A stretch of 14,024 nucleotides of DNA, taken from the NCBI GenBank assembly GCA_040752415.1, contig JBFMGU010000273.1, positions 1 to 14,024 of the forward strand. The letters run 5' to 3'. Shown piece by piece: positions 1 to 7,461 of the stretch. The notes below the pieces were generated by a model, which was given only the letters and a program-made list of their open reading frames with translations, was not told the origin of the DNA and ran no database searches. Position 1 is the first letter of the stretch, and each line of letters starts with the position of its first letter. Origin of the DNA: Myxococcota bacterium (GTDB lineage: Bacteria > Myxococcota > JACRCW01). The position numbers were made by a program, and so were the translations under genes.

Positions 1-2
1 AC

Positions 3-101
3 CTCACCCTGGCGGCCGGGAGCGTGGTCTTGGCCGTGCTCTCGCTTGCTGCGCTTGCGGCAGCAGGGGTGGTCACGGCGCGTGGCGTGGCGGGGGGATA
101 G
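3..101 (+). CDS. 3' end of a membrane protein, truncated by the window edge; probable paralog of the next gene
   Basis: Frame 3 reads LTLAAGSVVLAVLSLAALAAAGVVTARGVAGG then TAG at 99-101. This hydrophobic helix ends GVAGG*, like the GVIAGGG* end of the 190-1068 product. Confidence 0.7.
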   Translation, partial: LTLAAGSVVLAVLSLAALAAAGVVTARGVAGG

Positions 102-189
102 GGGCTCGGCCCGCGCCCGTTGAGGACGTGCCGCGCCGGGTGCTACTCAACCGGAAACGCTCGACGAGGGAACGGCAATCTTGGGCGCG

Positions 190-1068
190 ATGCTGGGCCA
201 GGTGCTCACCTTGGTGACGCTGACGAGCGCGGGCGCGTCGGGAGGCACTCCTCCGCCGAGCCCGTCCGTGGCGGTGTCGTCGTTGGAGAACAAGACCGGC
301 GTCAACGCGGACGTGGCGGAGCTGCTCACGGACAACGTGGTCAATGAAGTCCGACAGTCGCGCGCCTTCTCCCGGGTGGTCAGCGCCAAGGAGATCCAGG
401 CCGCGCTGGGGTACGAGCAGCAGAAGCAGCTGATGAACTGCAACAGTGAGAGCTGCATGGCGCAGATCGCCGCCGCGCTCGAGGTGACGCACCTCATCAC
501 CGGCAACATCGGCCGACTGGGCGGTTCCTACCTCTTCAACCTCAAGCTCATCGACGCGCGCACGGGTGTCGCCGCCGGCGCCGTGGCGCAACGCATTCCG
601 GCCAGCTCGGATGAAGCGTTGCTGGACACCGTCCGGCCTTCCGTCGATCAGCTCCTGCGCCAGGCCGGCATCCCCTCGCGGCGGGGCGCGGAGGAAGGTC
701 CGTTGCTTGCGTCCGTGCCCACCCAGGCTGTCGCCGCTCCCGCGCCCTCCACGGACCCGCAGACGTCGGAGAGTCCTCAAGGCCCAGCGTCGTGGCGACG
801 CCCCGTGCTGTTGGCGGGAGGTGGCGGAGTGCTGGTGTCGGTGTTGGTGGGGGTCGTGGCGGCGGGGTTGGCCGCGTCGACGGCGTACGTGCTTGCCGAC
901 GCGCTGCTGCTCCCCCAACTGCCAGCGCCGCAGGTTTCGGCAGATTCCAAGCTGCTCACCGCGGGAGTCCTGGGAGCGGCGTGGGGGGCGGTCAGTATCC
1001 TGGCTGTGGTGTTCCTGCTGGCGGCCGCGGGATTGTTGGGCACGGGCGTCATTGCGGGGGGAGGCTGA
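190..1068 (+). CDS. Exported/membrane protein: CsgG/TolB_N/DUF2380-like N-terminal domain with CxxxxC, Pro-rich linker and two C-terminal hydrophobic helices
   Basis: ATG at 190 (TTG at 181 is an alternative). Signal-like N-terminus, then SVAVSSLE...AELLTDNVVNEV...CNSESCMAQIAAALEVTHLITGNIGRLGGSYLFNLKLIDARTG, a pattern I recognise from CsgG/TolB_N-like folds. Hydrophobic segments follow WRRP. Confidence 0.75.
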   Translation: MLGQVLTLVTLTSAGASGGTPPPSPSVAVSSLENKTGVNADVAELLTDNVVNEVRQSRAFSRVVSAKEIQAALGYEQQKQLMNCNSESCMAQIAAALEVTHLITGNIGRLGGSYLFNLKLIDARTGVAAGAVAQRIPASSDEALLDTVRPSVDQLLRQAGIPSRRGAEEGPLLASVPTQAVAAPAPSTDPQTSESPQGPASWRRPVLLAGGGGVLVSVLVGVVAAGLAASTAYVLADALLLPQLPAPQVSADSKLLTAGVLGAAWGAVSILAVVFLLAAAGLLGTGVIAGGG

Positions 1069-1070
1069 GA

Positions 1071-2957
1071 ATGGCCAAGGGTTCGGTTGGCGTCGTTGTG
1101 GGGGCCGCGCTGGTGGTGGTGCTCGGTGGCACCGCGTGCGGCGTTTCCGTCCGTTGCGAGGTGGACTCCGAGTGTGCCGACGGACAGACCTGCCAGGACT
1201 CCTATTGCAGGGATCCGTTGCCGGCCACCACCTCCAGCGGAGGCGCGTCGTCCGCCTCGGGGGCTTCCACCTCCAACGGCTCCACCTCGCTGGTCAGCGA
1301 ATCTTCGTCGTCGCTGGCGTCGGCGTCCACGTCGTCGGGCGGAGCAACCTCGGTTGGGAGTACCGGTGCCAGCGTCACGGGCAGCACCGCCTCTTCAACG
1401 TCCTCCGGCGCCACCGGGAGCACCGCCGCCGGGTCCAGTGGCTCTTCCGGCGCGGCGCCGGGTTCGTCGTCGACAGCGGCCGCCGGGTCGTCATCGTCGT
1501 CGGGCACCGCCGGGAGCACGGGCTCATCCGGCGCGAGCAGCGCCGCCTCCACGGGCGGTGCCAGCCTGGGAAGCTCCGCAGGGACATCCAGCGGTGGTGG
1601 CACCTCCACGGGCGCAACCAGCAGCTCCTCCGGTGGCAGCGGGAGCACTTCTTCGGGCGCGGGCACGGTGGATGGGGGAGCGCCCTGCCAGGCGGATGAT
1701 GATTGCGACCACCTGGACAGCGAGTGCTCCGAGGGTTTCTGCAACCCCACCACGTCTCACTGCGAGGCCCTGCCCGCCAACGAATCCGCGCCCTGCGGGG
1801 CCGGCACAACCTGCGGAACCCCCGACGAGTGTGTGTATCCGGACAGCTGCGCCGAACAGGGTGTCCAGGACGTGCCGTGCACGTTCCGCTCCTGCCAGGC
1901 GGGTGCGTGCGTGGCCAGCGAGGGAACGCTCACCCAGGGATGCAACCGCGACACCGACGGGACCACCTGCGACGTCACCACGTGCAACGGCTACGGCGCC
2001 TGTACCGGCTCCGACACGTGCGACACCACCGGCGCCCAGACCCGCGACTGCACGGACCACGTGTGCGCGGCCGCCGCTTGCACTCCTGTTACGCGCCAGG
2101 AGTCCCGCAACTGCACCCGGGTCACCAATGGCCTGGAATGCGCGCCCACGGAGTGCACGGCATTCGGCGGCTGCCTCTATGACGGTGACCCCAGCTGCGA
2201 CGCCACGGGCACGCAGGAGCGCACCTGCATTGACTTCGCGTGCCAGAACGGCGCGTGCGAGGACACGCTCCGCATTGACGCCCAGGTCTGCTACCGCCCC
2301 GGGGTTGGCGAGGACGGGACGGAGGGGTGGCCGTGCGGGCAGCTGCAGTGCGGCGCCTATGGTGCGTGCACGTTTGAGGGTGACGTGTGCGACGAGAGCG
2401 GCCTCCAGACCCGCTCGTGCGTTCAACCCACCTGCTGGAGCGAGATGTGCTGGAACGATCCTGTCGCCGACCCGGCGCCCCTCGCGTGCTCACGTGACAC
2501 CGACAACGCCTCCTGCGGAACCTCGTACTGTGACCCGTGGGGCGCGTGCGCCTACGACGGGGATCCCGCCTGTGACGAATCCGGCACCCAGACCCGGTGG
2601 TGCTACGCCCAGCTGTGCGGCGGCGGCGCTTGTCAGCAGACGAGCTGGCAGGAGTCCCAGGCGTGCACCCGGGTGACCGCCGGATCTGACTGCGGCACCA
2701 CCTGCGGCAACTGGAGCGCGTGCGCCTACGACGGGAATCCCACGTGTGATGAGACCGGGAGCCAAAACCGGACCTGCACCGCGCGCACCTGTGGTGGCGG
2801 AACGTGCAACAGCTCGACCTACAACGAGAACCGGAACTGCACGCGCAACACCGACGGCAACACGTGTGGCAACCCCGTGGAGTGCGGCAACACGCAGACG
2901 TTCCGGGAGCAGTGTTGTCAGTCGGGAAGTTGTGTGTTGTGCGGCCCGTGCCAGTGA
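1071..2957 (+). CDS. Cys-rich repeat surface lipoprotein (628 aa) with Ser/Gly/Thr/Ala stalk and TSP1-like repeats
   Basis: GGAGG at 1060-1064 precedes ATG 1071. Signal peptide with lipobox-like GTA-C, a small Cys module (CEVDSECADGQTCQDSYC), a ~150-aa low-complexity linker, a second small Cys module, then tandem Cys repeats to TGA 2957. Confidence 0.85.
   Translation: MAKGSVGVVVGAALVVVLGGTACGVSVRCEVDSECADGQTCQDSYCRDPLPATTSSGGASSASGASTSNGSTSLVSESSSSLASASTSSGGATSVGSTGASVTGSTASSTSSGATGSTAAGSSGSSGAAPGSSSTAAAGSSSSSGTAGSTGSSGASSAASTGGASLGSSAGTSSGGGTSTGATSSSSGGSGSTSSGAGTVDGGAPCQADDDCDHLDSECSEGFCNPTTSHCEALPANESAPCGAGTTCGTPDECVYPDSCAEQGVQDVPCTFRSCQAGACVASEGTLTQGCNRDTDGTTCDVTTCNGYGACTGSDTCDTTGAQTRDCTDHVCAAAACTPVTRQESRNCTRVTNGLECAPTECTAFGGCLYDGDPSCDATGTQERTCIDFACQNGACEDTLRIDAQVCYRPGVGEDGTEGWPCGQLQCGAYGACTFEGDVCDESGLQTRSCVQPTCWSEMCWNDPVADPAPLACSRDTDNASCGTSYCDPWGACAYDGDPACDESGTQTRWCYAQLCGGGACQQTSWQESQACTRVTAGSDCGTTCGNWSACAYDGNPTCDETGSQNRTCTARTCGGGTCNSSTYNENRNCTRNTDGNTCGNPVECGNTQTFREQCCQSGSCVLCGPCQ
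1224..1680 (+). repeat. Low-complexity Ser/Gly/Thr/Ala coding tract (flexible stalk)
   Basis: The translation ATTSSGGASSASGASTS...SSGAGTVDGG is composed almost entirely of S, G, T and A. Confidence 0.85.
1761..2954 (+). repeat. Six tandem 57-66-aa eight-cysteine protein repeats plus a truncated terminal unit
   Basis: Equivalent Cys codons start at 1761, 1941, 2112, 2289, 2487, 2664 and 2838 (spacings 180, 171, 177, 198, 177, 174 nt). Consensus is approximately C-TRxTDGxxC-xxxC-xx[WYF]GAC-xYxGDxxC-DExGxQxRxC-xxxxC-xxGxC-x(5-6)ExxxC. Confidence 0.9.
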
Positions 2958-2961
2958 CGTT

Positions 2962-4776
2962 TCAGCGCGACCGCGGCGGCAGCACCTGCACTTCAATCTC
3001 CGCCTTCCCGGTCACCATCACGCCGGGGTCCAGCGCCTTCACCACCATGGCGCGACGCGGCTGCTTGCGCGCGGCGGGCCCGTCCTGGCCGTCCTGCAGG
3101 ATCGCCAGCATGGAGGGAGGCAGCTCCGCCATGGGGAGGCCGCCCACCTTGGCGCCCTTCACGCGGTCCAGGAAGTAGGCGTACAGCCGGTCCTGCTTGC
3201 GCGTGCGCATCACGTTCTTGACGACGTCATCCAGGTTGCGCGCCAGCGGCACCAGCGCGGCTTCCTTGTCAATCTCCTCCGCCTCTTCCCGGTCCGCCAC
3301 GACGATGGAGTACACGCCCGGCTCCATGCGCTCGTCGGTGGGGAACTCCACTTCCATGCGACGCAAACCGTGGCGGTGGGTGAGGATGTCCAGCGCCACC
3401 TTGAAGGGCTGACCGGCGCGCACGCGCGGCTGGGCCACGGAAGCACGGGTGAGCGCGCCCACCATGGGCTCCTCGTGGTGCTTCACGGTGAGGTCCACGC
3501 TCTTGAAGCGCACGCGCTCGAACGGGTTGCGCCAGAGCATCTCCATGACGTCGCCAACCATGGAGGCGGCGGCGTAGGTGGGGTTGCGGTTGGGCACGCC
3601 GCTGAAGAGCTGGTCCATGGGAATCACCGTTCCGTTCTCCAGCGTGACGCTGCCCTTGAGCCGCACCGTGCCCACGCTCTCGAAGCCCACGCGGTTCATG
3701 ATGGCACCGCTGACGGCCAGGTCGGTGAGCGTGGCGCCCACGCCCAGATCGTCGACGACACGGAACTTCACGTCCTTGCGCGCGTCCAGCTCCCCGGGGC
3801 GGTCCAGCACCATGTTGAATGGCACGGTGCGCGCCTCCATCCCCATGCGGCCGGCAATGGCCGTGAGCCGGTCATCCAGCAGCGCCCCGACCACACGCCC
3901 CGCGCGTCCCAGCTTGGAGGACCCGGAGAGGCTGGGAATGGTCGCGTACACCTCGGCCGACGCCATGGGCACTTCCGCCGAGCCACTGCCGATGAACGGG
4001 TGCCCGAACGCCAGCACCTCCTTGTCGTTGACGTAGGTGATGGTGCCCAGCGCCACCATGTTCACGTCGCCGTCGACGAGCGCGCCGGCAATGGGCCCAC
4101 CCGCGTAGATGGGGAACTCCTGGTTGCTGGCGCCCGCGCCGCCACGCATGGGCGTGAAGCCCATCTCCTGCAGCTTGGGGCCGTATTCGGCGAGCACCGC
4201 GTCGGGACAGCCACCGCACACCAGCGGCGCCGCAATGGGACGCGCCTCACCCCACGGCGTCATGGGCAGGGCGCTGTAGTTGCGCTTGTTCTTCTCCTGC
4301 TCCATGCGCGCGCTGCGGTCCTTGAGGATGGCCACCATGCTCTCCGCCGGCGTGATGCCCGCGATGGCCTCCTTGGGGAATGCGCCAAACCGGTAGCTCA
4401 CCGCGCCCACGAGCTGTCCGTCGGCGTACACGGGGCTGCCGCTCATCCCGCTCACCACGCCGTAGCGCTCCATGGCCGGCCCGGTCAGCCGCGCCAGGAT
4501 GAGGTCCTCACCCGGTCCCAGGTAGTCCTCCATCACCGCGAGCACGGTGGCCTCGAAAGGCTCCAGCCCCGCCGTCGAGAAGACCGACTCACCCTTGAGG
4601 ATGAGACCCGGTTTCACCTTGCTGAGGGGATAGAGGGCTGGGCCGTTCACCGTCTTGGACGGGATGGCCGCGGGCGGATTGGCGGCCGCCACCAGCAGTG
4701 AGGCTCCCGCAATCGCAAGAGCAGACCCAGCAAGCGCAGCAACCCGCGCGCGCGTCCGAACAAGAGGCTTGGGCAT
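2962..4776 (-). CDS. Secreted SpoIVB-like peptidase S55 domain protein (604 aa)
   Basis: ATG at 4776 preceded by AAGGA, with a basic-then-hydrophobic signal peptide. S55 motifs GVVSGMSGSPVY (4432-4449) and GTITYV...LAFGHPF (His codon 4000-4002). Long C-terminal extension. Confidence 0.88.
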   Translation of the reverse strand: MPKPLVRTRARVAALAGSALAIAGASLLVAAANPPAAIPSKTVNGPALYPLSKVKPGLILKGESVFSTAGLEPFEATVLAVMEDYLGPGEDLILARLTGPAMERYGVVSGMSGSPVYADGQLVGAVSYRFGAFPKEAIAGITPAESMVAILKDRSARMEQEKNKRNYSALPMTPWGEARPIAAPLVCGGCPDAVLAEYGPKLQEMGFTPMRGGAGASNQEFPIYAGGPIAGALVDGDVNMVALGTITYVNDKEVLAFGHPFIGSGSAEVPMASAEVYATIPSLSGSSKLGRAGRVVGALLDDRLTAIAGRMGMEARTVPFNMVLDRPGELDARKDVKFRVVDDLGVGATLTDLAVSGAIMNRVGFESVGTVRLKGSVTLENGTVIPMDQLFSGVPNRNPTYAAASMVGDVMEMLWRNPFERVRFKSVDLTVKHHEEPMVGALTRASVAQPRVRAGQPFKVALDILTHRHGLRRMEVEFPTDERMEPGVYSIVVADREEAEEIDKEAALVPLARNLDDVVKNVMRTRKQDRLYAYFLDRVKGAKVGGLPMAELPPSMLAILQDGQDGPAARKQPRRAMVVKALDPGVMVTGKAEIEVQVLPPRSR

Positions 4777-4809
4777 GGCGTCCTTCACTAACGGGGCACG
4801 GTTCCGCCG

Positions 4810-4825
4810 GCAAACCAAACGCCGG
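4810..4825 (-). promoter_or_regulatory. Possible sigma-54 (-24/-12) promoter for the S55 protease gene
   Basis: The minus strand reads CCGGCGTTTGGTTTGC, i.e. GG-N10-GC with TTGC, about 35 nt upstream of ATG 4776. The -24 box deviates from TGGCAC. Confidence 0.3.
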
Positions 4826-4985
4826 CAATCCCTTTCATTTTCCGGGGGATACGGCGCGTTGACAAGGATTTGACGCCGGATTCCACGCCCGCGTTCCACG
4901 CTCCGGGTGCGAGGCCTTCACACCTGGACGTACGTCCGACCCGTGGCTTTTGCCGTGGTCCAGCGGGGTGGTTAATCTGCCGGCC

Positions 4986-6032
4986 ATGGTTACGCGGTCG
5001 CGTCCGTTGGTTGCCCTGGGGTTGCTGCTGGGAATGGTCTCCTGCGCCGCGCCGGAAGTGGACCCCGACAAGCCCGGTTTGAGCCCGGAGGGGCGCGCGG
5101 TGCTGCGGCTCCACCAGCGCATCAAGGACTCCTTTGGCGCCGACGTGCGCTCCGCCACCGTGCTGGATGGCATCAACGTCAACGTCTTGAAGCTGGACAT
5201 CCGCACCGACGACAAGACGCTGCCGGACCGCGTCAAGCGCGCGCAGGAGGTGGCCCGCTTCCTGGCCGAGCAGGACGCGCTCCCGCGCAACGCCTTCCGC
5301 CTGGTGTTCGACTTCCCGGTGAGCTTCCAGCTCGGGTGCATGCCGGTGAGCTTCTACGAGCGCGTGCAGCTGGAGACGCGCGGCTTCACGCCGGTGCAGG
5401 TGCTGCCCGCGCAGCGCGTGCTCAGCTACGACCAGGCCATCGTGGGGGAGATGGGCAAGGTGGTCCTCGACGACGCGGTGTGGAACATCCCGTTCTTTGC
5501 CACGGTGGACCAGGTGGAGGTGAGTCGCGAGGTGATGGGCGTGCAGGCCAGGCCCGACGAGGTCTTTGTCAGCGTGCACGCGGTGTGGACCAACATTGGC
5601 ACCGGCACCGCCACCATGAGCGACGACCCCTGGCGCCTGGTGGAAGGCGCGGGCCCCAAGAAGGGCGAGCTGGTGGCCATCCTCGACGGCGGCAACACGC
5701 ACGTGGCGCGCAACGGGGGCCACATCAAGGTGCCGCCGGTGGAGCCGGGAAAGAGCCAGGAGCGCTGGTACGTCTACCGCGTGCCCACGGCGCGGCTTGC
5801 GGCGGGACCGTTGGCCTTCGCGCGGCAGCGCTTTGCCAAGCAGAACGCCAAGGAGAAGGAGTGGCAGAAGGCGGGCTTTGAGCTGTGGGTGCAGATCAAG
5901 AACGGTCACGGCGCCGTGGAGCCCACCGTCGGCCAGCCCGTGATCTTCGAGTCCGACGACTGGCGCACGCCCGTCACCAAGGCCGGCCCGCAGGCCTCGC
6001 CCCCGCCCGAGAGCACGGTCGCTCCGCACTGA
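4986..6032 (+). CDS. Lipoprotein (348 aa) with a DUF4352-like immunoglobulin-fold domain
   Basis: MVTRSRPLVALGLLLGMVS-C is a lipoprotein signal. FVSVHAVWTNIGTGT...WRLV...VEPGKSQERWYVYRVP resembles the DUF4352 pattern. Third codon positions are strongly G/C. Confidence 0.75.
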   Translation: MVTRSRPLVALGLLLGMVSCAAPEVDPDKPGLSPEGRAVLRLHQRIKDSFGADVRSATVLDGINVNVLKLDIRTDDKTLPDRVKRAQEVARFLAEQDALPRNAFRLVFDFPVSFQLGCMPVSFYERVQLETRGFTPVQVLPAQRVLSYDQAIVGEMGKVVLDDAVWNIPFFATVDQVEVSREVMGVQARPDEVFVSVHAVWTNIGTGTATMSDDPWRLVEGAGPKKGELVAILDGGNTHVARNGGHIKVPPVEPGKSQERWYVYRVPTARLAAGPLAFARQRFAKQNAKEKEWQKAGFELWVQIKNGHGAVEPTVGQPVIFESDDWRTPVTKAGPQASPPPESTVAPH

Positions 6033-6059
6033 GTTTGGTGGGGTGTGAGGCTGTGGCGA

Positions 6060-6225
6060 GATCGCAGACGGGAATGTCCGCGCCACAACGCAACTCCATC
6101 GCAGGTCTGCTCTGCCCTGTGGCGCACACATTCCTGTTTGCGATCCAGGTCGAGGCATCACCTCAAGGCCGCGGGTCTGCCCTGTGGGCACACATTCCTG
6201 TTTGCGATCCAGGTCGCGGCATCAC
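6060..6225. repeat. REP/BIME-like cluster: one inverted and two direct copies of GTGG plus an imperfect palindrome
   Basis: Copy A (6060-6087, minus strand) TGTGGCGCGGACATTCCCGTCTGCGATC matches copy B core (6118-6145) TGTGGCGCACACATTCCTGTTTGCGATC at 24/28. 6111-6161 and 6176-6225 are ~50-nt direct repeats differing by one indel and one substitution. The cluster lies between convergent genes. Confidence 0.85.
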
Positions 6226-6803
6226 TGCAGGTCGTGCTCGTCCATCACATTGAGCAGCTCGCGCAGGATCCACGCGGTCAGGCCCCAGATGGGATGCGGG
6301 CCGCCCTCGAAGAACGGGACGCGCCGCTTGGTTCCGTCGCCGGCCTTGAGCGTCTGCTCGGTCACCGCTCCCGGTCGACGCAGCACCTCCAGCGGCACCG
6401 TGAACACCTCGGCAATCTCGCGCGGGCTCAGCACCAGCGAGGGAAGCGCGGGCACCCAGCCCACCACCGGCGTCACGCGCAGCCCGGTGATGCTGATCGC
6501 GTCGTCACCCATGCCCAGCACGTCCACCGAGCTGGGATGAAGGCCAATCTCCTCGTGCGCCTCGCGCAGCGCGGTGAAGATGAGATCCGCGTCGTCCTCC
6601 TCACGCACGCCGCCGGGGAAGGCCACCTGGCCCTTGTGCGTGGGCACGTCCTCGGTGCGCAGCGTGAACAGCACGTGCAGCGCGTCCTCCTTGCGCAGCA
6701 ACGGCACCAGCACCGCGGCGTCGCGGCGACCGGGTTCCAGCGTCCGACGGGAGCGCGCCCCCAGCACGCGTGAGAAGTTGTCCAACAGCAACGGGCGGGT
6801 CAT
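6222..6803 (-). CDS. CoA pyrophosphatase, Nudix hydrolase (NudL/PCD1-like)
   Basis: AAVLVPL...FTLRTEDVPTHKGQVAFPGG (CoA-subfamily motif), Nudix box ALREAHEEIGL, C-terminal IWGLTA. Confidence 0.93.
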   Translation of the reverse strand: MTRPLLLDNFSRVLGARSRRTLEPGRRDAAVLVPLLRKEDALHVLFTLRTEDVPTHKGQVAFPGGVREEDDADLIFTALREAHEEIGLHPSSVDVLGMGDDAISITGLRVTPVVGWVPALPSLVLSPREIAEVFTVPLEVLRRPGAVTEQTLKAGDGTKRRVPFFEGGPHPIWGLTAWILRELLNVMDEHDLQ

Positions 6804-6815
6804 GGCATCCGGAAC

Positions 6816-7391
6816 TCAGTCCCCGTCGTCCTCACCGGTGTAGAAGCTGCGCTCCAGGCGCATGCCCAGCACCTCGTGATAGCCCCCGTTGCACCAGTGC
6901 CATCCATAACGACCCGTGTGGCGGAAGCCCAGTCGTCGATACAGCCGAATGGCGCTCTCATTGAAGTCAAACACGCCCAGCCGCACCGCGCGCAGCCCCA
7001 GCCGGAAGAAGCAGTGCTCCAGCAGCAGCTTCATGGCCTCCTGGCCAATGCCCCGCCCGCGCAGGCGCCGCTCGCCAATCTCGATGAAGCACTCCGCCTC
7101 CGGCACGCCGTGCTCGTAGTCCTTCAGCCCCACGTTCCCCACGTGCACCCCGTCGAGGAGGATGGCAAAGCTGAGGCGGCGCGGGTCGCGCAGGAGCTGG
7201 TCAATGTAGTGCTCGGCGGCGTCGGGGTTGGCCACGCCTTCCACCGCGTACTCCGGGCCGGGCACCAGCACCGTGAAGCGCACCAGGTCCGGGTCCAACA
7301 TCCAGCGACGGATGCGGTCCGCGTCGTCCATTCCCAGACGACGGAGGCTCACACGCAGGGCCTTGGGCTTGTCCGCGGTATGGAGCGTCAC
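6816..7391 (-). CDS. GNAT family N-acetyltransferase (RimJ/RimL-like)
   Basis: HVGNVGL, acetyl-CoA loop RGRGIG, LGVFDFNESAIRLYRRLGFRHTG. I chose GTG 7391 because GGAGG lies 5 nt upstream; GTG 7397 is an alternative. Confidence 0.9.
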   Translation of the reverse strand: MTLHTADKPKALRVSLRRLGMDDADRIRRWMLDPDLVRFTVLVPGPEYAVEGVANPDAAEHYIDQLLRDPRRLSFAILLDGVHVGNVGLKDYEHGVPEAECFIEIGERRLRGRGIGQEAMKLLLEHCFFRLGLRAVRLGVFDFNESAIRLYRRLGFRHTGRYGWHWCNGGYHEVLGMRLERSFYTGEDDGD

Positions 7392-7461
7392 CCGCACCTC
7401 CCAGGGCTCGAGGGCCTCGGTACCGAAAAGGTTGTACCCCGGGCGCGTTCGCAGGCACAGG

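Noticed and set aside
792..1070. Long N-terminal extensions given by the ORF track (792 for the lipoprotein; also 4899, 8552, 8690, 10819, 11061 for other genes)
   Set aside because: They overlap neighbouring genes or precede better starts supported by RBS, signal peptide or family N-terminal motifs.
1087..2676. 529-aa plus-strand ORF and the overlapping 566-1699 ORF
   Set aside because: Alternative frames of the lipoprotein gene, Pro/Arg/Ala-rich with no recognisable motifs.
2746..4701. 651-aa plus-strand ORF
   Set aside because: Antisense shadow of the S55 protease gene; His/Arg/Gly-rich composition typical of reverse frames in high-GC DNA.
4788..6191. 467-aa minus-strand ORF
   Set aside because: Antisense to the lipoprotein gene and starts inside the REP-like repeats.
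6111..6225. Direct repeats as a mini CRISPR array
   Set aside because: Only two direct copies of ~50 nt separated by 14 nt, plus an inverted copy, and no cas genes. This fits a REP/BIME element better.
7417..7426. Perfect 10-bp palindrome TCGGTACCGA in the moaB-GNAT gap, near XhoI/KpnI/SmaI-like hexamers
   Set aside because: Such palindromes are expected by chance in GC-rich DNA; there is no second copy and no vector context. An operator role cannot be supported.
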